From contig CAXYDN010000007.1 in NCBI GenBank assembly GCA_964276145.1, positions 74,411 to 138,410 on the forward strand: a stretch of 64,000 nucleotides of DNA, read 5' to 3'. Origin of the DNA: an uncultured SAR86 cluster bacterium. GTDB lineage: Bacteria; Pseudomonadota; Gammaproteobacteria; Magnimaribacterales; D2472. Under the pieces are notes generated by a model. That model made no database searches. It was not told the origin of the DNA and saw only the letters and a list, made by a program, of their open reading frames with translations. Positions 16,837 through 27,900 of this stretch are shown here, in pieces (position 1 is the stretch's first letter; the number at the start of each line of letters is the position of its first letter). A program made the position numbers and the translations under genes.

Positions 16837-18918
16837 ATGAAGAGAATATTAATTAATTCATCATTTGGTGATGAATTGCGCGTTGCTCTAGTTGATGGTG
16901 CAAAGCTTTATGATTTTGATACCGAATCACCAGACAAAGTACTTCTAAAAGGTAGTATTTTTAAAGCTACAGTATCGAGGGTTGAATCAAGTCTTGATGC
17001 AGCATTTGTAAATTTTGGTTCAGAAAGACATGGTTTCTTGCCATTAAAAGATCTATCTAGTGATTTTTATAAGAAAAATTCAAATGGCAAAAGCGAATGC
17101 ACACTAAAAGAAGGTCAAGAAATAATCGTTCAGGTTACAAAAGAAGAAAGAGGAACTAAAGGAGCGGCTCTAACGACACAAATAGGACTTGCGGGACGTT
17201 TTATTGTTTTAATTCCTAATTCATCTAGATCTGGCGGTATATCCAGGAGAATTAGTGGAGAAGAAAGAGACCAAATCAAAGAAGCATTAGACTCTCTAAA
17301 TATTCCAGACAATATGAGTGCGATAGTTAGAACTAATGGTCTTGGAAGAACTTCTGAAGAACTTAGCCTAGATTTAGCATATTTATTAGCACTATGGGAC
17401 GAAATTAATAACAATATACCAAACGCTAAAAGTCCAGCCCTCATTTATAGAGATGACAAGTTAATTGTTAGAGTTGTAAAAGATTACTTTAAAGATGATA
17501 TCGAAGAAATTCTTATTGATGATAAGGACACTTACGAGGAAGCTAAAGAATTTATAGATGCAGTTTTACCTGATCATTCGGATAAAGTCATGCTTTATCA
17601 AGAAGAGATACCGCTCTTTAATAGATATCAAATAGAGTCACAGATTGAGCTAGCCTTTCAACGAGAAATATCACTAACTTCTGGTGGTTCTATTGTTATA
17701 GATCCTACTGAGGCCATGACTGCTGTTGACGTTAACTCCGCTCGTTCTACTAAAGGCAAAGATATAGAAGATACTGCTTATAAAACAAATCTTGAGGCTG
17801 CTAAAGAGGTTGCAAGACAACTTAGGCTCAGAGATGTTGGTGGATTAGTTGTAATTGACTTTATTGATATGTTAGATACAAGACATCAAGAAAAGGTCGA
17901 AGCTGCATTCAGGAAAGCTGTGTATTCAGATAGAGCAAGAGTTCAAATTTCAGGCATATCAAAGTTCGGTTTACTTGAAGTTTCAAGACAAAGATTAAGA
18001 CCTTCACTAAATGAATCATATGATATCGAACATGTGCTTGTTCGAGGTCCAAGATCATTAGGTCAGTCAATTCTAAGAATTATTGGTGAGGATTCAGCTA
18101 AAGATAATACTGGTGAAATACAGGTCTTCGTCCCTGCAGATGTTGCAAGTTATCTTTTAAATGAAAAAAGAAAAGATATCATTAATATAGAAAAAACAAA
18201 TAACATTAGAGTTCTTGTTATTGCAGACCCTTATAAATCAAGGCCATATTATAAAGTTGTTAGAGTTAAGGCTTCAGATATTAAACCTGTTGATTCATAC
18301 AATCTAACACCTAATAGCCCAGAGCCAGATACTAGCTGGAGAGATGATAAAAACCAATCCAAGGCTATGAAGCCACTGGTTGATGGAATCAAGCCTCCTA
18401 AAATGCCTAAAAAGAAAAAAGAAGGATTAGTCGGCTGGATTAAAAGCATTGCTGGCATAGACAAAGAGGAGAAGCCTAAGGCGAAACCTAGAAAAAATAA
18501 CCAAAACAGAAAAAGGAAGCCTAGAAACAACAACCCTCAGCAAAATCAAAATAGAAATACTGCTAAAAAAAATACAAACCAAAATAAAAAACCTGCTCAG
18601 AATAAAAAACCTGCTCAGAATAAAAAACCTGTACAAAATAAAAAACCACTTCAGGATAATAAAAAACAATCATTGGAAACAAAAACAAGTAGCACGCATG
18701 ATAATGCAAACAAAAATGCTAATAAAAGTGAAGTAAAAAATCAAAGTCCTAAAAAAGAAATTTCAAAAAATACTAAGCCTAAATCTGATTCAAAAAAAGT
18801 TGAAAAGAAAGTTCCGCCTATGAAAAAAGAGCCTGCTATTAAAGAAATTGTAAAAGAGCCAAAGGTTAAGAAAGAAATGCCAACAAGGGCTGCTAATGAT
18901 CCAAGGTACAAGAGTTAA
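16837..18918 (+). CDS. rne: ribonuclease E (catalytic N-terminal half plus short, highly basic repetitive tail)
   Basis: The N-terminus MKRILINSS..ELRVALVDG..LYDFD and the S1 domain match Rne, as do AMTAVDVNS and GGLVVIDFIDM. The C-terminal ~190 aa are Lys/Asn/Pro/Gln-rich. Confidence 0.85.
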   Translation: MKRILINSSFGDELRVALVDGAKLYDFDTESPDKVLLKGSIFKATVSRVESSLDAAFVNFGSERHGFLPLKDLSSDFYKKNSNGKSECTLKEGQEIIVQVTKEERGTKGAALTTQIGLAGRFIVLIPNSSRSGGISRRISGEERDQIKEALDSLNIPDNMSAIVRTNGLGRTSEELSLDLAYLLALWDEINNNIPNAKSPALIYRDDKLIVRVVKDYFKDDIEEILIDDKDTYEEAKEFIDAVLPDHSDKVMLYQEEIPLFNRYQIESQIELAFQREISLTSGGSIVIDPTEAMTAVDVNSARSTKGKDIEDTAYKTNLEAAKEVARQLRLRDVGGLVVIDFIDMLDTRHQEKVEAAFRKAVYSDRARVQISGISKFGLLEVSRQRLRPSLNESYDIEHVLVRGPRSLGQSILRIIGEDSAKDNTGEIQVFVPADVASYLLNEKRKDIINIEKTNNIRVLVIADPYKSRPYYKVVRVKASDIKPVDSYNLTPNSPEPDTSWRDDKNQSKAMKPLVDGIKPPKMPKKKKEGLVGWIKSIAGIDKEEKPKAKPRKNNQNRKRKPRNNNPQQNQNRNTAKKNTNQNKKPAQNKKPAQNKKPVQNKKPLQDNKKQSLETKTSSTHDNANKNANKSEVKNQSPKKEISKNTKPKSDSKKVEKKVPPMKKEPAIKEIVKEPKVKKEMPTRAANDPRYKS
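18583..18654 (+). repeat. four tandem 18-bp coding repeats (AATAAAAAACCTGCTCAG and variants) inside the rne tail
   Basis: Read directly from the sequence. It encodes NKKPAQ-NKKPAQ-NKKPVQ-NKKPLQ. Confidence 0.85.
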
Positions 18919-19708
18919 TTAATCTTCCTGATAAGGTTGAGTTTGGTGGTGTATTTGGAAGGTTGTCCAAGTCAAACCAATTAGCTTCAACTATTTCTTG
19001 ACCATCTACTTCTATAGTACCTGAATCATATTCGCAGGTATAGGCAAGCATAAGCTGGCTTGGAAATGGCCATGATTGACTTCCAAAATATTTAATATTT
19101 TTAACCTTTAAACTAACTTCTTCATATATTTCACGCTCTACTGTCTCCTCTGCAGTCTCAGACACTTCAATAAAACCTGCCAAAGCGCTATACAAACCTT
19201 GAGGAAAAAGTGCATTTCTTGCAAGAAGAATCTGATTATCTTTTTTTATTAAAGCGAGAACACACGGAGAAATAGTTGGGTAAGTCATTATACTGTTGCA
19301 TGAGCAAAACATAGCTTCCTCTTTTTCATCAAACTTTTTTTCCAATCCACAATAACCGCAATGCTTATTGCTTTTTAGCCAATGTAGTAACTGATTAGCT
19401 CTTCCAACAAGATTCATCTCATTTTCATCTAATGTTGTCATTAAATGTCTTAAATCATATTCAACAAGCGATTTGTAACCCTGTTCTGCCAGGTTAAATA
19501 ATTGATCGGAAATATCAGCAGCATAAATATTTACACCACCATCTTCTGCAATACCAATTTTTTTGAAGTTATAATTGGTAAAATTTAAAAAAGATGAATT
19601 TAGAAGGAATGTTTTATCATTTAAATCAAAAATAACTTTGTTATTATTAAAGATAATAAATAGATTAGTATTTTCGGGTTTAATGTTAAAAAATCTTTTA
19701 AAATGCAT
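18893..19708 (-). CDS. nudC: NAD+ diphosphatase / NADH pyrophosphatase (Nudix)
   Basis: Zinc-ribbon Cys cluster (CGYCG ... CSC) followed by the Nudix box GFIEVSETAEETVEREIYEEVSL. The 3' end overlaps rne by 26 nt. Confidence 0.8.
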   Translation of the reverse strand: MHFKRFFNIKPENTNLFIIFNNNKVIFDLNDKTFLLNSSFLNFTNYNFKKIGIAEDGGVNIYAADISDQLFNLAEQGYKSLVEYDLRHLMTTLDENEMNLVGRANQLLHWLKSNKHCGYCGLEKKFDEKEEAMFCSCNSIMTYPTISPCVLALIKKDNQILLARNALFPQGLYSALAGFIEVSETAEETVEREIYEEVSLKVKNIKYFGSQSWPFPSQLMLAYTCEYDSGTIEVDGQEIVEANWFDLDNLPNTPPNSTLSGRLINSCTLDH

Positions 19709-19732
19709 ATAACTTATTAATTAAACTTATTT

Positions 19733-21244
19733 ATGATCAGCGTAATTCAAAATCTATTTCTAGGTAATTCACCAATATGGTATAAGAAAACTATTGTAAC
19801 TTTCTTAATAATTAATCCAATAGCTTTATTAGTATTAAATTCATTAGGAATGAATGGTAATTTTATTGTTGGCTGGATGTTCTTACTTGAGTTTATATTT
19901 ACTCTTGCTTTGGCTCTAAAATGTTATCCTCTTCAACCTGGAGGTCTATTGGCAATTCAAGCTATTGTATTAGGCCTTACTTCTACCAAAGCAATATATT
20001 ATGAGATAGAACATAATCTTGAAGTAATTTTATTGTTAGTATTTATGGTTGCTGGTATTTATTTTATGAAAAATTTAATGCTAGCAATATTTACTAAACT
20101 GCTTCTAAAGGTTGATTCAAAAATTTATCTATCATTAATGTTTTGCTTTTCTGCGGCAATCCTATCTGCCTTCCTAGACGCATTGACTGTTACTGCAGTT
20201 TTGATAGGAGTAACTATAGGTTTTTATAGAATCTATCATACAGTTTCGTCTGGAAAAGATTTTACCGATATATCCCATAACTATAATGATAACTCCTCAT
20301 TGAGCTCAGTAAGTTTAGATGATCTAGAAAAATTTAAAGCTTTCTTAAGAGATTTAGTTATGCATGGCGCTGTTGGAACTGCTTTAGGCGGTGTTTGTAC
20401 TATCGTTGGAGAACCTCAAAATCTTCTAATAGCAAAAGTTGCTGAATGGGAGTTTATAGAGTTTTTTATAAGAATGGCTCCAGTCACAATGCCAGTTTTT
20501 ATAGCAGGTTTAATAACATGTTATTGCATAGAAAGATTTTCACTTGCAGGTTTCGGTAGCCAACTACCTAAAAGTGTTAGAAATGTCTTTAATGATTTTG
20601 ATACATACGAAAGAGAAAATACTACTTTAGAGCAAAAAACAGAACTCTATATTGAAATGTGTGTTGCCCTTTTCTTAGTGCTTGCACTTGCATTTCATGT
20701 TGCTGCTGTTGGGCTAATAGGTTTGGCTGTAATAATTCTTTTAACAGCATTTAAAGGTATCACTGAAGAACATAACTTAGGAGAAGCATTCCATGAAGCA
20801 CTACCTTTTACAGCTCTTTTAGCCGTATTCTTTGCAATAGTCAGCGTAATTAATGATCAACAACTATTTTTACCTGTTATAACTTATGTTCTTTCGCAAC
20901 CACCAGAGGTTCAACCGCCTCTATTTTTTGTTGCCAATGGTTTTCTATCAGCAATAAGTGACAATGTTTTTGTTGCAACAATTTATATAAATGAAGTGAA
21001 AGCTGCTTTTGACAATGGTGTTATAACTAGAGAACAATTTGATCTTTTGGCTGTATCAATTAATACAGGTACTAATATTCCAAGTATAGCAACGCCTAAT
21101 GGTCAAGCGGCATTTTTGTTCTTATTAACATCATCACTGGCTCCACTAATAAATCTATCCTATATGAGAATGGTTTTAATGGCCCTGCCCTATACAATAG
21201 TGCTTTCAATAGTAGGCTTTATTTCTATAATTTATTTCTTATAA
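19733..21244 (+). CDS. nhaB: Na+/H+ antiporter NhaB
   Basis: 503-aa polytopic protein. The N-terminus [21 protein letters not shown] resembles the NhaB N-terminus, and the length fits the family. Confidence 0.8.
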   Translation: MISVIQNLFLGNSPIWYKKTIVTFLIINPIALLVLNSLGMNGNFIVGWMFLLEFIFTLALALKCYPLQPGGLLAIQAIVLGLTSTKAIYYEIEHNLEVILLLVFMVAGIYFMKNLMLAIFTKLLLKVDSKIYLSLMFCFSAAILSAFLDALTVTAVLIGVTIGFYRIYHTVSSGKDFTDISHNYNDNSSLSSVSLDDLEKFKAFLRDLVMHGAVGTALGGVCTIVGEPQNLLIAKVAEWEFIEFFIRMAPVTMPVFIAGLITCYCIERFSLAGFGSQLPKSVRNVFNDFDTYERENTTLEQKTELYIEMCVALFLVLALAFHVAAVGLIGLAVIILLTAFKGITEEHNLGEAFHEALPFTALLAVFFAIVSVINDQQLFLPVITYVLSQPPEVQPPLFFVANGFLSAISDNVFVATIYINEVKAAFDNGVITREQFDLLAVSINTGTNIPSIATPNGQAAFLFLLTSSLAPLINLSYMRMVLMALPYTIVLSIVGFISIIYFL

Positions 21245-21246
21245 AA

Positions 21247-22218
21247 ATGTCTTATTCAGACTCGCATAAAGCAGCAATTGCTCCAATGATGCAATATACA
21301 GATATGCATGATAGATATTTACTTAGATTGATTTCAAAAAAAGTTTTCCTTTATACAGAAATGGTAACAACCGGAGCTATTTTATATGGCAAATGTTTTC
21401 ACCAATTAGAATTTAACAAAGAAGAGCACCCTGTGGCGATTCAGCTAGGTGGATCTGATATTAAAGATCTTGTTGAGTTATCTAAAATTGCTGAAGATTA
21501 TGGTTATGATGAAATAAATCTAAATGTTGGCTGTCCCTCTGATAGAGTGCAAAAAGGCAGATTTGGTGCATGTTTGATGCTTGAGCCACATCATGTGGCG
21601 GAATGTTTAAGTGCGATGCAAAAAAATGTTTCTTTGCCCGTATCAATAAAATGTAGACTTGGAATTGATGATCATGAGGACTATGAATTTTTATATAATT
21701 TTGTTGAGATAGTTAAAAATTCTGGGATCAATCATTTTATTATCCATGCTAGAAATGGGATTTTAAAAGGTCTAAGCCCAAGACAAAATAGACATATACC
21801 TCCATTGAAATATGAATATGTTTATCAACTTAAAAGAGATTTCCCTGAACTAGACATAATTATTAACGGAGGTATCAAAACTATTAATGATTGTCATGAA
21901 CATTTAAAGCAAGTAGATGGGGTTATGATAGGAAGAGCAGCATATGAGAACCCATTTTTAATTAAAGATATAGATAGTCAAATTTATGGCGAGTCAAAAG
22001 ATTCTAAATCAAAAAAAATAATACTAAATAAGTATTTGGATTATGTGGAGGAAAAGCTCGAACAAGGCCATGACTTGTCAAGAATGATGAAGCACCTCTT
22101 TGGGCTATCTAGAGGAGATAAGTTCGCTAAGACTTTTAGAATTAAGATCTTAGAAGTAATTAAAAAAGAGTCAATTAAGCCACACAGAAAAGAACTTGAA
22201 GATTTATTATTCTATTAA
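21247..22218 (+). CDS. dusA: tRNA-dihydrouridine synthase A
   Basis: IAPMMQYTDMHDRYLLRL....LYTEMVTTGAI, NLNVGCP, IHAR. Confidence 0.85.
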   Translation: MSYSDSHKAAIAPMMQYTDMHDRYLLRLISKKVFLYTEMVTTGAILYGKCFHQLEFNKEEHPVAIQLGGSDIKDLVELSKIAEDYGYDEINLNVGCPSDRVQKGRFGACLMLEPHHVAECLSAMQKNVSLPVSIKCRLGIDDHEDYEFLYNFVEIVKNSGINHFIIHARNGILKGLSPRQNRHIPPLKYEYVYQLKRDFPELDIIINGGIKTINDCHEHLKQVDGVMIGRAAYENPFLIKDIDSQIYGESKDSKSKKIILNKYLDYVEEKLEQGHDLSRMMKHLFGLSRGDKFAKTFRIKILEVIKKESIKPHRKELEDLLFY

Positions 22219-22902
22219 TAAGTCGTCCATATCATCCAAAAACTCATCCTCAACATTAACACCATCATTAATTTCATAATCTAAATATTGAACATAAGAG
22301 TCTTTTACAAAGTCATATCTATCTCCATAAATTAGAGATTCAATTTCTAAGAGCCTCTCCCTCGTTTCAAGTGCGTCAATGCTTTTTAAGGCTATATTTA
22401 CATCTGCTTCAGTCATATGAAATGTTACAGAAAGAAATGATGAGAAAGGTCTAGCTAGAACATCTCTTAAGCTAGACGGGCCAAGAGCAGGCAGCATTAT
22501 ATATGGACCAGATGGTACTCCCCATAAAGCAAGTGTTTGATCAAAATCTTCTTCATGTCTCAGAAGCCCCATTTTTGTTGCAACATCAAAAAGACCACCA
22601 ATACCAATAGTAGTATTTATTATAAATCTAGAAAAATCATTAATTGCTAATTTTGGTTTACCTTGCAGAACCTGATTAACAGAAGTTTCAATTTCTTCTA
22701 AATTATTAAAAATATTAGTAACACCTTTTTTTATTGGCTTTGGTGCTTTTGAATATGTAACAGCAATAGGTTTTAAGAAATATTTATCCATAGACTCATT
22801 AAACTCAAAAGAAATTCTATTTAATTCTTCAAAAGGATCATTTATCTCTTCTGCAAAAACAAAAGGAGCACTTAGAAATAAGATTAATAAAATGCGTAAC
22901 AT
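22207..22902 (-). CDS. mlaA: MlaA/VacJ family outer-membrane lipoprotein
   Basis: Signal sequence plus DPFE..NR..F.FN...D....KP.A..Y and the GLFD motifs typical of VacJ. Confidence 0.8.
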   Translation of the reverse strand: MLRILLILFLSAPFVFAEEINDPFEELNRISFEFNESMDKYFLKPIAVTYSKAPKPIKKGVTNIFNNLEEIETSVNQVLQGKPKLAINDFSRFIINTTIGIGGLFDVATKMGLLRHEEDFDQTLALWGVPSGPYIMLPALGPSSLRDVLARPFSSFLSVTFHMTEADVNIALKSIDALETRERLLEIESLIYGDRYDFVKDSYVQYLDYEINDGVNVEDEFLDDMDDLLIE

Positions 22903-22921
22903 TTTTTAATTATACTTCTGA

Positions 22922-23602
22922 TTAGATAAGTGCAGATAAATCTTTAATAGAATTATGTATTTTTTTTGGATTAAATTCATATATTTCGTCACTAAAATCA
23001 ATAGAGGCTAATTTTTTTAAATTCAGATTATTAAGAAGCTTAAATTCATAAGAGATTTTTTGATTTGAAATATTGTTTTCTATATAACCTAAAATATTAA
23101 TATCTAACTTCTTAAAAACTTCAATTGATTTTACTAGATCATGTTCAGCTAATTTATTAGGAGTTGTTATCAATATAGAGTGATCTGGTTTGATTTCACT
23201 ATTAATAGTTAAATAAGGATCTCCAGTACCTGGAGGCATATCTATAAATAGATAATCTAAATCACCCCATTCTGTTGAATGAATTAATTGTTTAATTGCA
23301 CCACTTAGCATTGGACCTCTCCATAATGCAGCTTTATCTGAGTCTAAAATTAAACCCATTGAATTAACTTTTACATTGTGAGAAATTATTGGTTTAAAGT
23401 ACTTTTTATCTCCAATAGTAATAATTTCTGGTTTTTTGTGCTCTATATCAAATAGTAGATGTTGATTAGGGCCATATATATCAGCATCGAGAACAGCTAC
23501 TTTACAGTTATTTGCTTTTTCAATTGCAAGTGATGCAGTTACTGAGCTTTTACCAACCCCTCCTTTGGCAGAGGCGATAGCGATTATTTTCTTTATAGCC
23601 AT
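22922..23602 (-). CDS. apbC: Mrp/ApbC/NBP35-family P-loop ATPase, short form lacking the C-terminal CxxC
   Basis: IAIASAKGGVGKSS deviant Walker A, DADIYGP, WRGPM, DMPPGTGD. It is divergent from metG, as in E. coli mrp. The start is set at the ATG at 23602 (MAIKK). Confidence 0.8.
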   Translation of the reverse strand: MAIKKIIAIASAKGGVGKSSVTASLAIEKANNCKVAVLDADIYGPNQHLLFDIEHKKPEIITIGDKKYFKPIISHNVKVNSMGLILDSDKAALWRGPMLSGAIKQLIHSTEWGDLDYLFIDMPPGTGDPYLTINSEIKPDHSILITTPNKLAEHDLVKSIEVFKKLDINILGYIENNISNQKISYEFKLLNNLNLKKLASIDFSDEIYEFNPKKIHNSIKDLSALI

Positions 23603-23637
23603 ATGAAATGTTTTTTCACATATAATACAGGTTATAT

Positions 23638-25596
23638 ATGAGCTCAACTACAGATAACGCAAGAAAAATTATAGTGACACAAGCATTGCCTTATGCAAAT
23701 GCTTCGCTTCATCTTGGTCATATTTTAGAAGCAGTCCAAACTGATATATGGTCAAGATTTCAAAATAAATCTGGTAATGAATGTTTGTTTTTCTGTGCAG
23801 ATGATACTCACGGCACACCTGTTATGTTGAAAGCTAAAGAGCTAGGTAAATCTCCAGAGGACTTAATAAAAGAGGTTCAAAGAGATCATGAAGAAACCTA
23901 CAAACTTTATGATATTAATTTTACAAATTATCACACAACTCACTCAGATGAGAATAAAAAATACTCTGAACAAATATACTTAAAAGCTAAAGAGAGCGAT
24001 TTGATTACCAGAAAAACTATTAATCAACTATACGATGAATCAGAGTCTATGTTTCTGTCTGATAGATTCGTTAAAGGTACTTGCCCCAAATGTGGAGCTA
24101 CTGATCAATATGGGGATGGGTGCACTAAATGTGGAGCTACATACGATGTTAGTGAGCTTAAAAATCCAGTATCAGCAATATCAGGAACAAAACCTGTAAA
24201 TAAAGAGAGTGAGCATATATTTTTTGATTTACCAAAAAAATTAGACACTTTGAAAGAATTTTTGGCTACAGCTAACCTTCAGAAACCTATTACTAATAAA
24301 CTAAGTGAATGGGTTAACGACGACCTTCAGCAATGGGATATATCAAGAGATGCTCCCTATTTTGGTTTTAAGATTCCAGAAGAAGATAATAAATACTTTT
24401 ATGTATGGCTTGATGCTCCAATTGGCTACATAGCATCCATAGATAATTGGGCAACAAGAAATAATAAAAATATGGATTTATTATGGTCTGCCAATTCAAA
24501 CTATGAGATATATCATTTTATTGGAAAAGATATCTCTTATTTTCATGGTTTATTTTGGCCTGCTTTATTAAGTGCTTCAGACTTGAGATTGCCCGATGGA
24601 ATCTTTGTTCACGGTTTTTTAACTATTAACGGTGAAAAAATGTCTAAATCAAAAGGCACAGGAATATTAGCAAAAGAATTTGCTGAACTTTGTGATCCTG
24701 AGACATTAAGGTATTACTTTGCAGCTAAATTGAATGATAAGGTTGAAGATATAGATTTAAACTTTGAAGACTATGTTCAAAGAATAAATTCAGACCTAGT
24801 AGGTAAATATTTAAATATTGCTAGTCGTTGTTCCTCATTTATTGAAAAGAATTCAAATGAACTTTCAGATACCTTTGATAACGACCTTTTAGAAGAGGCA
24901 ATTAAGCAAAAAGAAAATATAAAAGAGTGTTTTGAATCAAGAAATTACTCTAAGGCTATTAGATTAATAATGGATATTGCTGATTTAACTAATAAATATA
25001 TAAACGATAATACCCCGTGGAAAAAAGATACTAAAGAGGCTGCTCATATAGCCACTACCGCTTTAAATGTTTTTAATATTTTAACGATTTATTTAAGTCC
25101 TATTATTCCCAATATAACTAAAGGAGCTTTTAAATTTTTAAATCAAGATAGCCAATCATTTAATGACGTTGAATTGCTATTAAAAAATAAAATTAATAAG
25201 TACAAACCATTATTAAAAAGACTTGAACCTATAATAATCCCTGAGGAAAAACCAATGAGTGATGAAGAGAATTATATAAATATTGATCAGTTTGCTGAAA
25301 TTGATTTAAGGGTTGCAGAAATTAAAGCTGCTTCTCATGTTGATGGTGCTGATAAACTTTTACAGCTTACTTTGGATGTTGGAGATCTTGGTGAAAGAAA
25401 TGTCTTTGCAGGCATTAAGAAAGCTTATGATCCAGAGAGTCTTGTAGGTAAAATGGTTATATTGGTTAGTAATTTAGCGCCAAGAAAGATGAAATTTGGT
25501 CTATCAGAGGGCATGGTTTTAGCATCTAGCGATGATGAAGGAATATATCTTATCTCACCCGATTCTGGTGCAACACCTGGTTTGAGAGTTAAGTAA
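23638..25596 (+). CDS. metG: methionyl-tRNA synthetase (with C-terminal tRNA-binding/EMAP domain)
   Basis: HLGH (HIGH) motif, two zinc knuckles (CPKCG, CTKCG), KMSKS, and the C-terminal DLRVAEI..A OB-fold. Confidence 0.95.
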   Translation: MSSTTDNARKIIVTQALPYANASLHLGHILEAVQTDIWSRFQNKSGNECLFFCADDTHGTPVMLKAKELGKSPEDLIKEVQRDHEETYKLYDINFTNYHTTHSDENKKYSEQIYLKAKESDLITRKTINQLYDESESMFLSDRFVKGTCPKCGATDQYGDGCTKCGATYDVSELKNPVSAISGTKPVNKESEHIFFDLPKKLDTLKEFLATANLQKPITNKLSEWVNDDLQQWDISRDAPYFGFKIPEEDNKYFYVWLDAPIGYIASIDNWATRNNKNMDLLWSANSNYEIYHFIGKDISYFHGLFWPALLSASDLRLPDGIFVHGFLTINGEKMSKSKGTGILAKEFAELCDPETLRYYFAAKLNDKVEDIDLNFEDYVQRINSDLVGKYLNIASRCSSFIEKNSNELSDTFDNDLLEEAIKQKENIKECFESRNYSKAIRLIMDIADLTNKYINDNTPWKKDTKEAAHIATTALNVFNILTIYLSPIIPNITKGAFKFLNQDSQSFNDVELLLKNKINKYKPLLKRLEPIIIPEEKPMSDEENYINIDQFAEIDLRVAEIKAASHVDGADKLLQLTLDVGDLGERNVFAGIKKAYDPESLVGKMVILVSNLAPRKMKFGLSEGMVLASSDDEGIYLISPDSGATPGLRVK

Positions 25597-26639
25597 TGGC
25601 AAAAGAAGTAGATATAGTAGTAATTGGCGCAGGACCTGTAGGTCTTTTTACAGTTTTTGAAGCAGGTTTATTGGGATTGAATTGTGTCCTTATAGATAAT
25701 TTAGATAAACCTGGGGGTCAATGCGCTGAACTTTATCCAGAAAAACCAATTTATGATATACCTGGTGTTCCTTTTCAAACAGCTCAAGAGCATGTTGATG
25801 CCCTACTCAAACAAATCGAGCCATTTAATTATGAGCTCGTATTAAATGAAAGGGTTGAGCTAATAAATGAAATTGATCATGAAGAAGGTAAATTTTGGGA
25901 AATAGAGACAAATGAATCTACTAAATTTATTACCAAGAATATTTTTATAGCAGCCGGTGCTGGTTCTTTTGAGCCAAGAAGACCTGCAAATATTAGTGAT
26001 CCTGATAAGTTTTTAAATCATGGTGTTACGTATGCAGTTAGATCAAAAGCATTATACGAAGATAAAGATATTTTTATATTTGGTGGTGGTGATTCAGCTT
26101 TGGATTGGACAATAGATCTAGCAGAAAAAGCTAAAAGCCTCTCACTTGTTCATAGAAGAGATGCATTTAGAGGTGCCCTACACTCTGAAGAAAAAATGAG
26201 AGAGTTAGTAGCTTCTGGAAAAGTTAAACTCTTAACTCCTTACCTTATTGACGATATTCAAGGTTCGGATAAGGTTGATGGGGTCACACTTAAAAATTTT
26301 GATACCAATGAGATTGAGCGCCATGATGCAGATGAATTACTCTTCTTATTTGGTCTAAATAAAAAACTAGGCCCTATTCTTGAATGGGATCTTGATTTAA
26401 GTGGTAAGAAAATATCTGTCAATACAGAAAATTATCAAACATCTGTAGAAGGCATTTTTGCTGTTGGTGACATAAATGATTATCCAGGAAAATTAGATCT
26501 TATTTTATCTGGTTTTCATGAAACTACTCTGGCAGTTCAAGAGGCCTATAAAAGAATCTATCCAGGTGAGAGAGTTCCATTTGGCTACACTACTTCCAAT
26601 TCTAAACTACAAGAAAAATTAGGTGTAAAAGAAAAATAA
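25596..26639 (+). CDS. ferredoxin-NADP+ reductase, thioredoxin-reductase-like type
   Basis: GAGPVGLF FAD motif, GGQCAELYPEK.IYD.PG, GGGDSALDW. Length and pattern match the TrxR-like FNR class. Confidence 0.8.
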   Translation: MAKEVDIVVIGAGPVGLFTVFEAGLLGLNCVLIDNLDKPGGQCAELYPEKPIYDIPGVPFQTAQEHVDALLKQIEPFNYELVLNERVELINEIDHEEGKFWEIETNESTKFITKNIFIAAGAGSFEPRRPANISDPDKFLNHGVTYAVRSKALYEDKDIFIFGGGDSALDWTIDLAEKAKSLSLVHRRDAFRGALHSEEKMRELVASGKVKLLTPYLIDDIQGSDKVDGVTLKNFDTNEIERHDADELLFLFGLNKKLGPILEWDLDLSGKKISVNTENYQTSVEGIFAVGDINDYPGKLDLILSGFHETTLAVQEAYKRIYPGERVPFGYTTSNSKLQEKLGVKEK

Positions 26640-26641
26640 AA

Positions 26642-27313
26642 TTGGAATTAATTAATCTTATACATAAAGAGCTTCCTCAAATTCAATGTGGTAGATGTGA
26701 TACTCCAGGGTGTATGCAGTATGCGCAAGCAATAGTTGATGGTGATCCACATGATAGATGTGTTCCTGGAGGCCAAGAAACTTTAGATAAATTAAATTCA
26801 ATACTGGATAAAAAAATCTCTAAAGTTAATTTAGACTATGGACCTACCATTGATAATCAAAAAGTTTCTATTGTCGAAAGTGAATGTATTGGATGCAAAA
26901 AATGCATAGATGCATGTCCAGTTGATGCAATTGTGGGATCGGCAAATATGATGCATTCGATTATTGATGATCTTTGTACAGGCTGTGAATTATGTATTGA
27001 GCCCTGTCCAGTTGACTGCATAGAAATAGTTTCTGTATCAAATGATGAGATAAAAGCACCTAGGGATATATCGCAGTCTGCTTATGATATTAAAGAATCA
27101 TTAAGTAATAATAAAAGATCTAAGATCAAAAATTTCTCAGATATAAATTTAAATATAAGCAGTGATATAAATACTCAAATAACAAATCGAGCTATAAATA
27201 AAGCGAAAAAACTTGAAGATATGCAAATTACAATTACTAAAAGTGATCTAAAAAGCCTTCATGATTTTGATGAAAGCTTGATTGGTGACTTCATTAAAGA
27301 TAGATCTGATTGA
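26642..27313 (+). CDS. RnfB/RsxB-like iron-sulfur protein (no membrane anchor), TTG start
   Basis: LPQIQCGRCDTPGC..YA.AI Cys cluster plus two 4Fe-4S ferredoxin motifs (CIGCKKCIDACP, CTGCELCIEPCP). The low-complexity C-terminal tail has no family I recognise. Confidence 0.7.
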   Translation: MELINLIHKELPQIQCGRCDTPGCMQYAQAIVDGDPHDRCVPGGQETLDKLNSILDKKISKVNLDYGPTIDNQKVSIVESECIGCKKCIDACPVDAIVGSANMMHSIIDDLCTGCELCIEPCPVDCIEIVSVSNDEIKAPRDISQSAYDIKESLSNNKRSKIKNFSDINLNISSDINTQITNRAINKAKKLEDMQITITKSDLKSLHDFDESLIGDFIKDRSD

Positions 27314-27900
27314 TGTTAAAAGATAGATTTAGAAAATACCTTCCAGTTGTTGTTGACCTTGAGACTGGTGGTTTTGATTCAAATTCTAATGCAATTTTAG
27401 AAATAGCTATAACTTTGATAGAGGAAGAAAATGATGAGCTATTAGTTGGAGAAACCTTTAGACATCACCTTAATCCTTTTAAAGGAACTATCGTTGAAGA
27501 TGAGTCCTTGGAATTTACTAAAATTAAGCTAGGTCACCCTTTAAGAAACGCTGTAGAAGAAGAATATGCCTTAAAAGATTTATTTAAAATTATAAATAAA
27601 GCTAAAAATAAATATGAATGCTCAAGAGCAATATTGGTGGGTCATAATGCTCATTTCGATAATTCATTTTTAAATGCAGCAATAGAAAGAAATAATATTA
27701 AACGATCGCCTTTTCATCCATTTTCTGTTCTTGACACAGTTAGCCTGGGTGCGCTAGTAACAAATCAAACAGTATTAGCTAGGATATGTGAATCTTTAGA
27801 TATTGATTATGACTCAAAAGAAGCTCACTCTGCAGCATATGATTCAGATGTCACTGCAAAAGTTTTTTGTAAAATAATAAACGATTTTAATCAGAACTAG
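27310..27900 (+). CDS. rnt: ribonuclease T
   Basis: DEDDh exonuclease motifs VVVDLETGG, HNAHFD and AHSAAYD, with RNase T-like length and N-terminus (RFR.YLPVV.D). Confidence 0.85.
   Translation: MMLKDRFRKYLPVVVDLETGGFDSNSNAILEIAITLIEEENDELLVGETFRHHLNPFKGTIVEDESLEFTKIKLGHPLRNAVEEEYALKDLFKIINKAKNKYECSRAILVGHNAHFDNSFLNAAIERNNIKRSPFHPFSVLDTVSLGALVTNQTVLARICESLDIDYDSKEAHSAAYDSDVTAKVFCKIINDFNQN

Noticed and set aside
18583-18654. 18-bp tandem repeats considered as a minisatellite or CRISPR-like feature
   Set aside because: They are in frame inside rne and encode NKKP(A/V/L)Q repeats of the basic tail, so they are a coding repeat and not an independent element.
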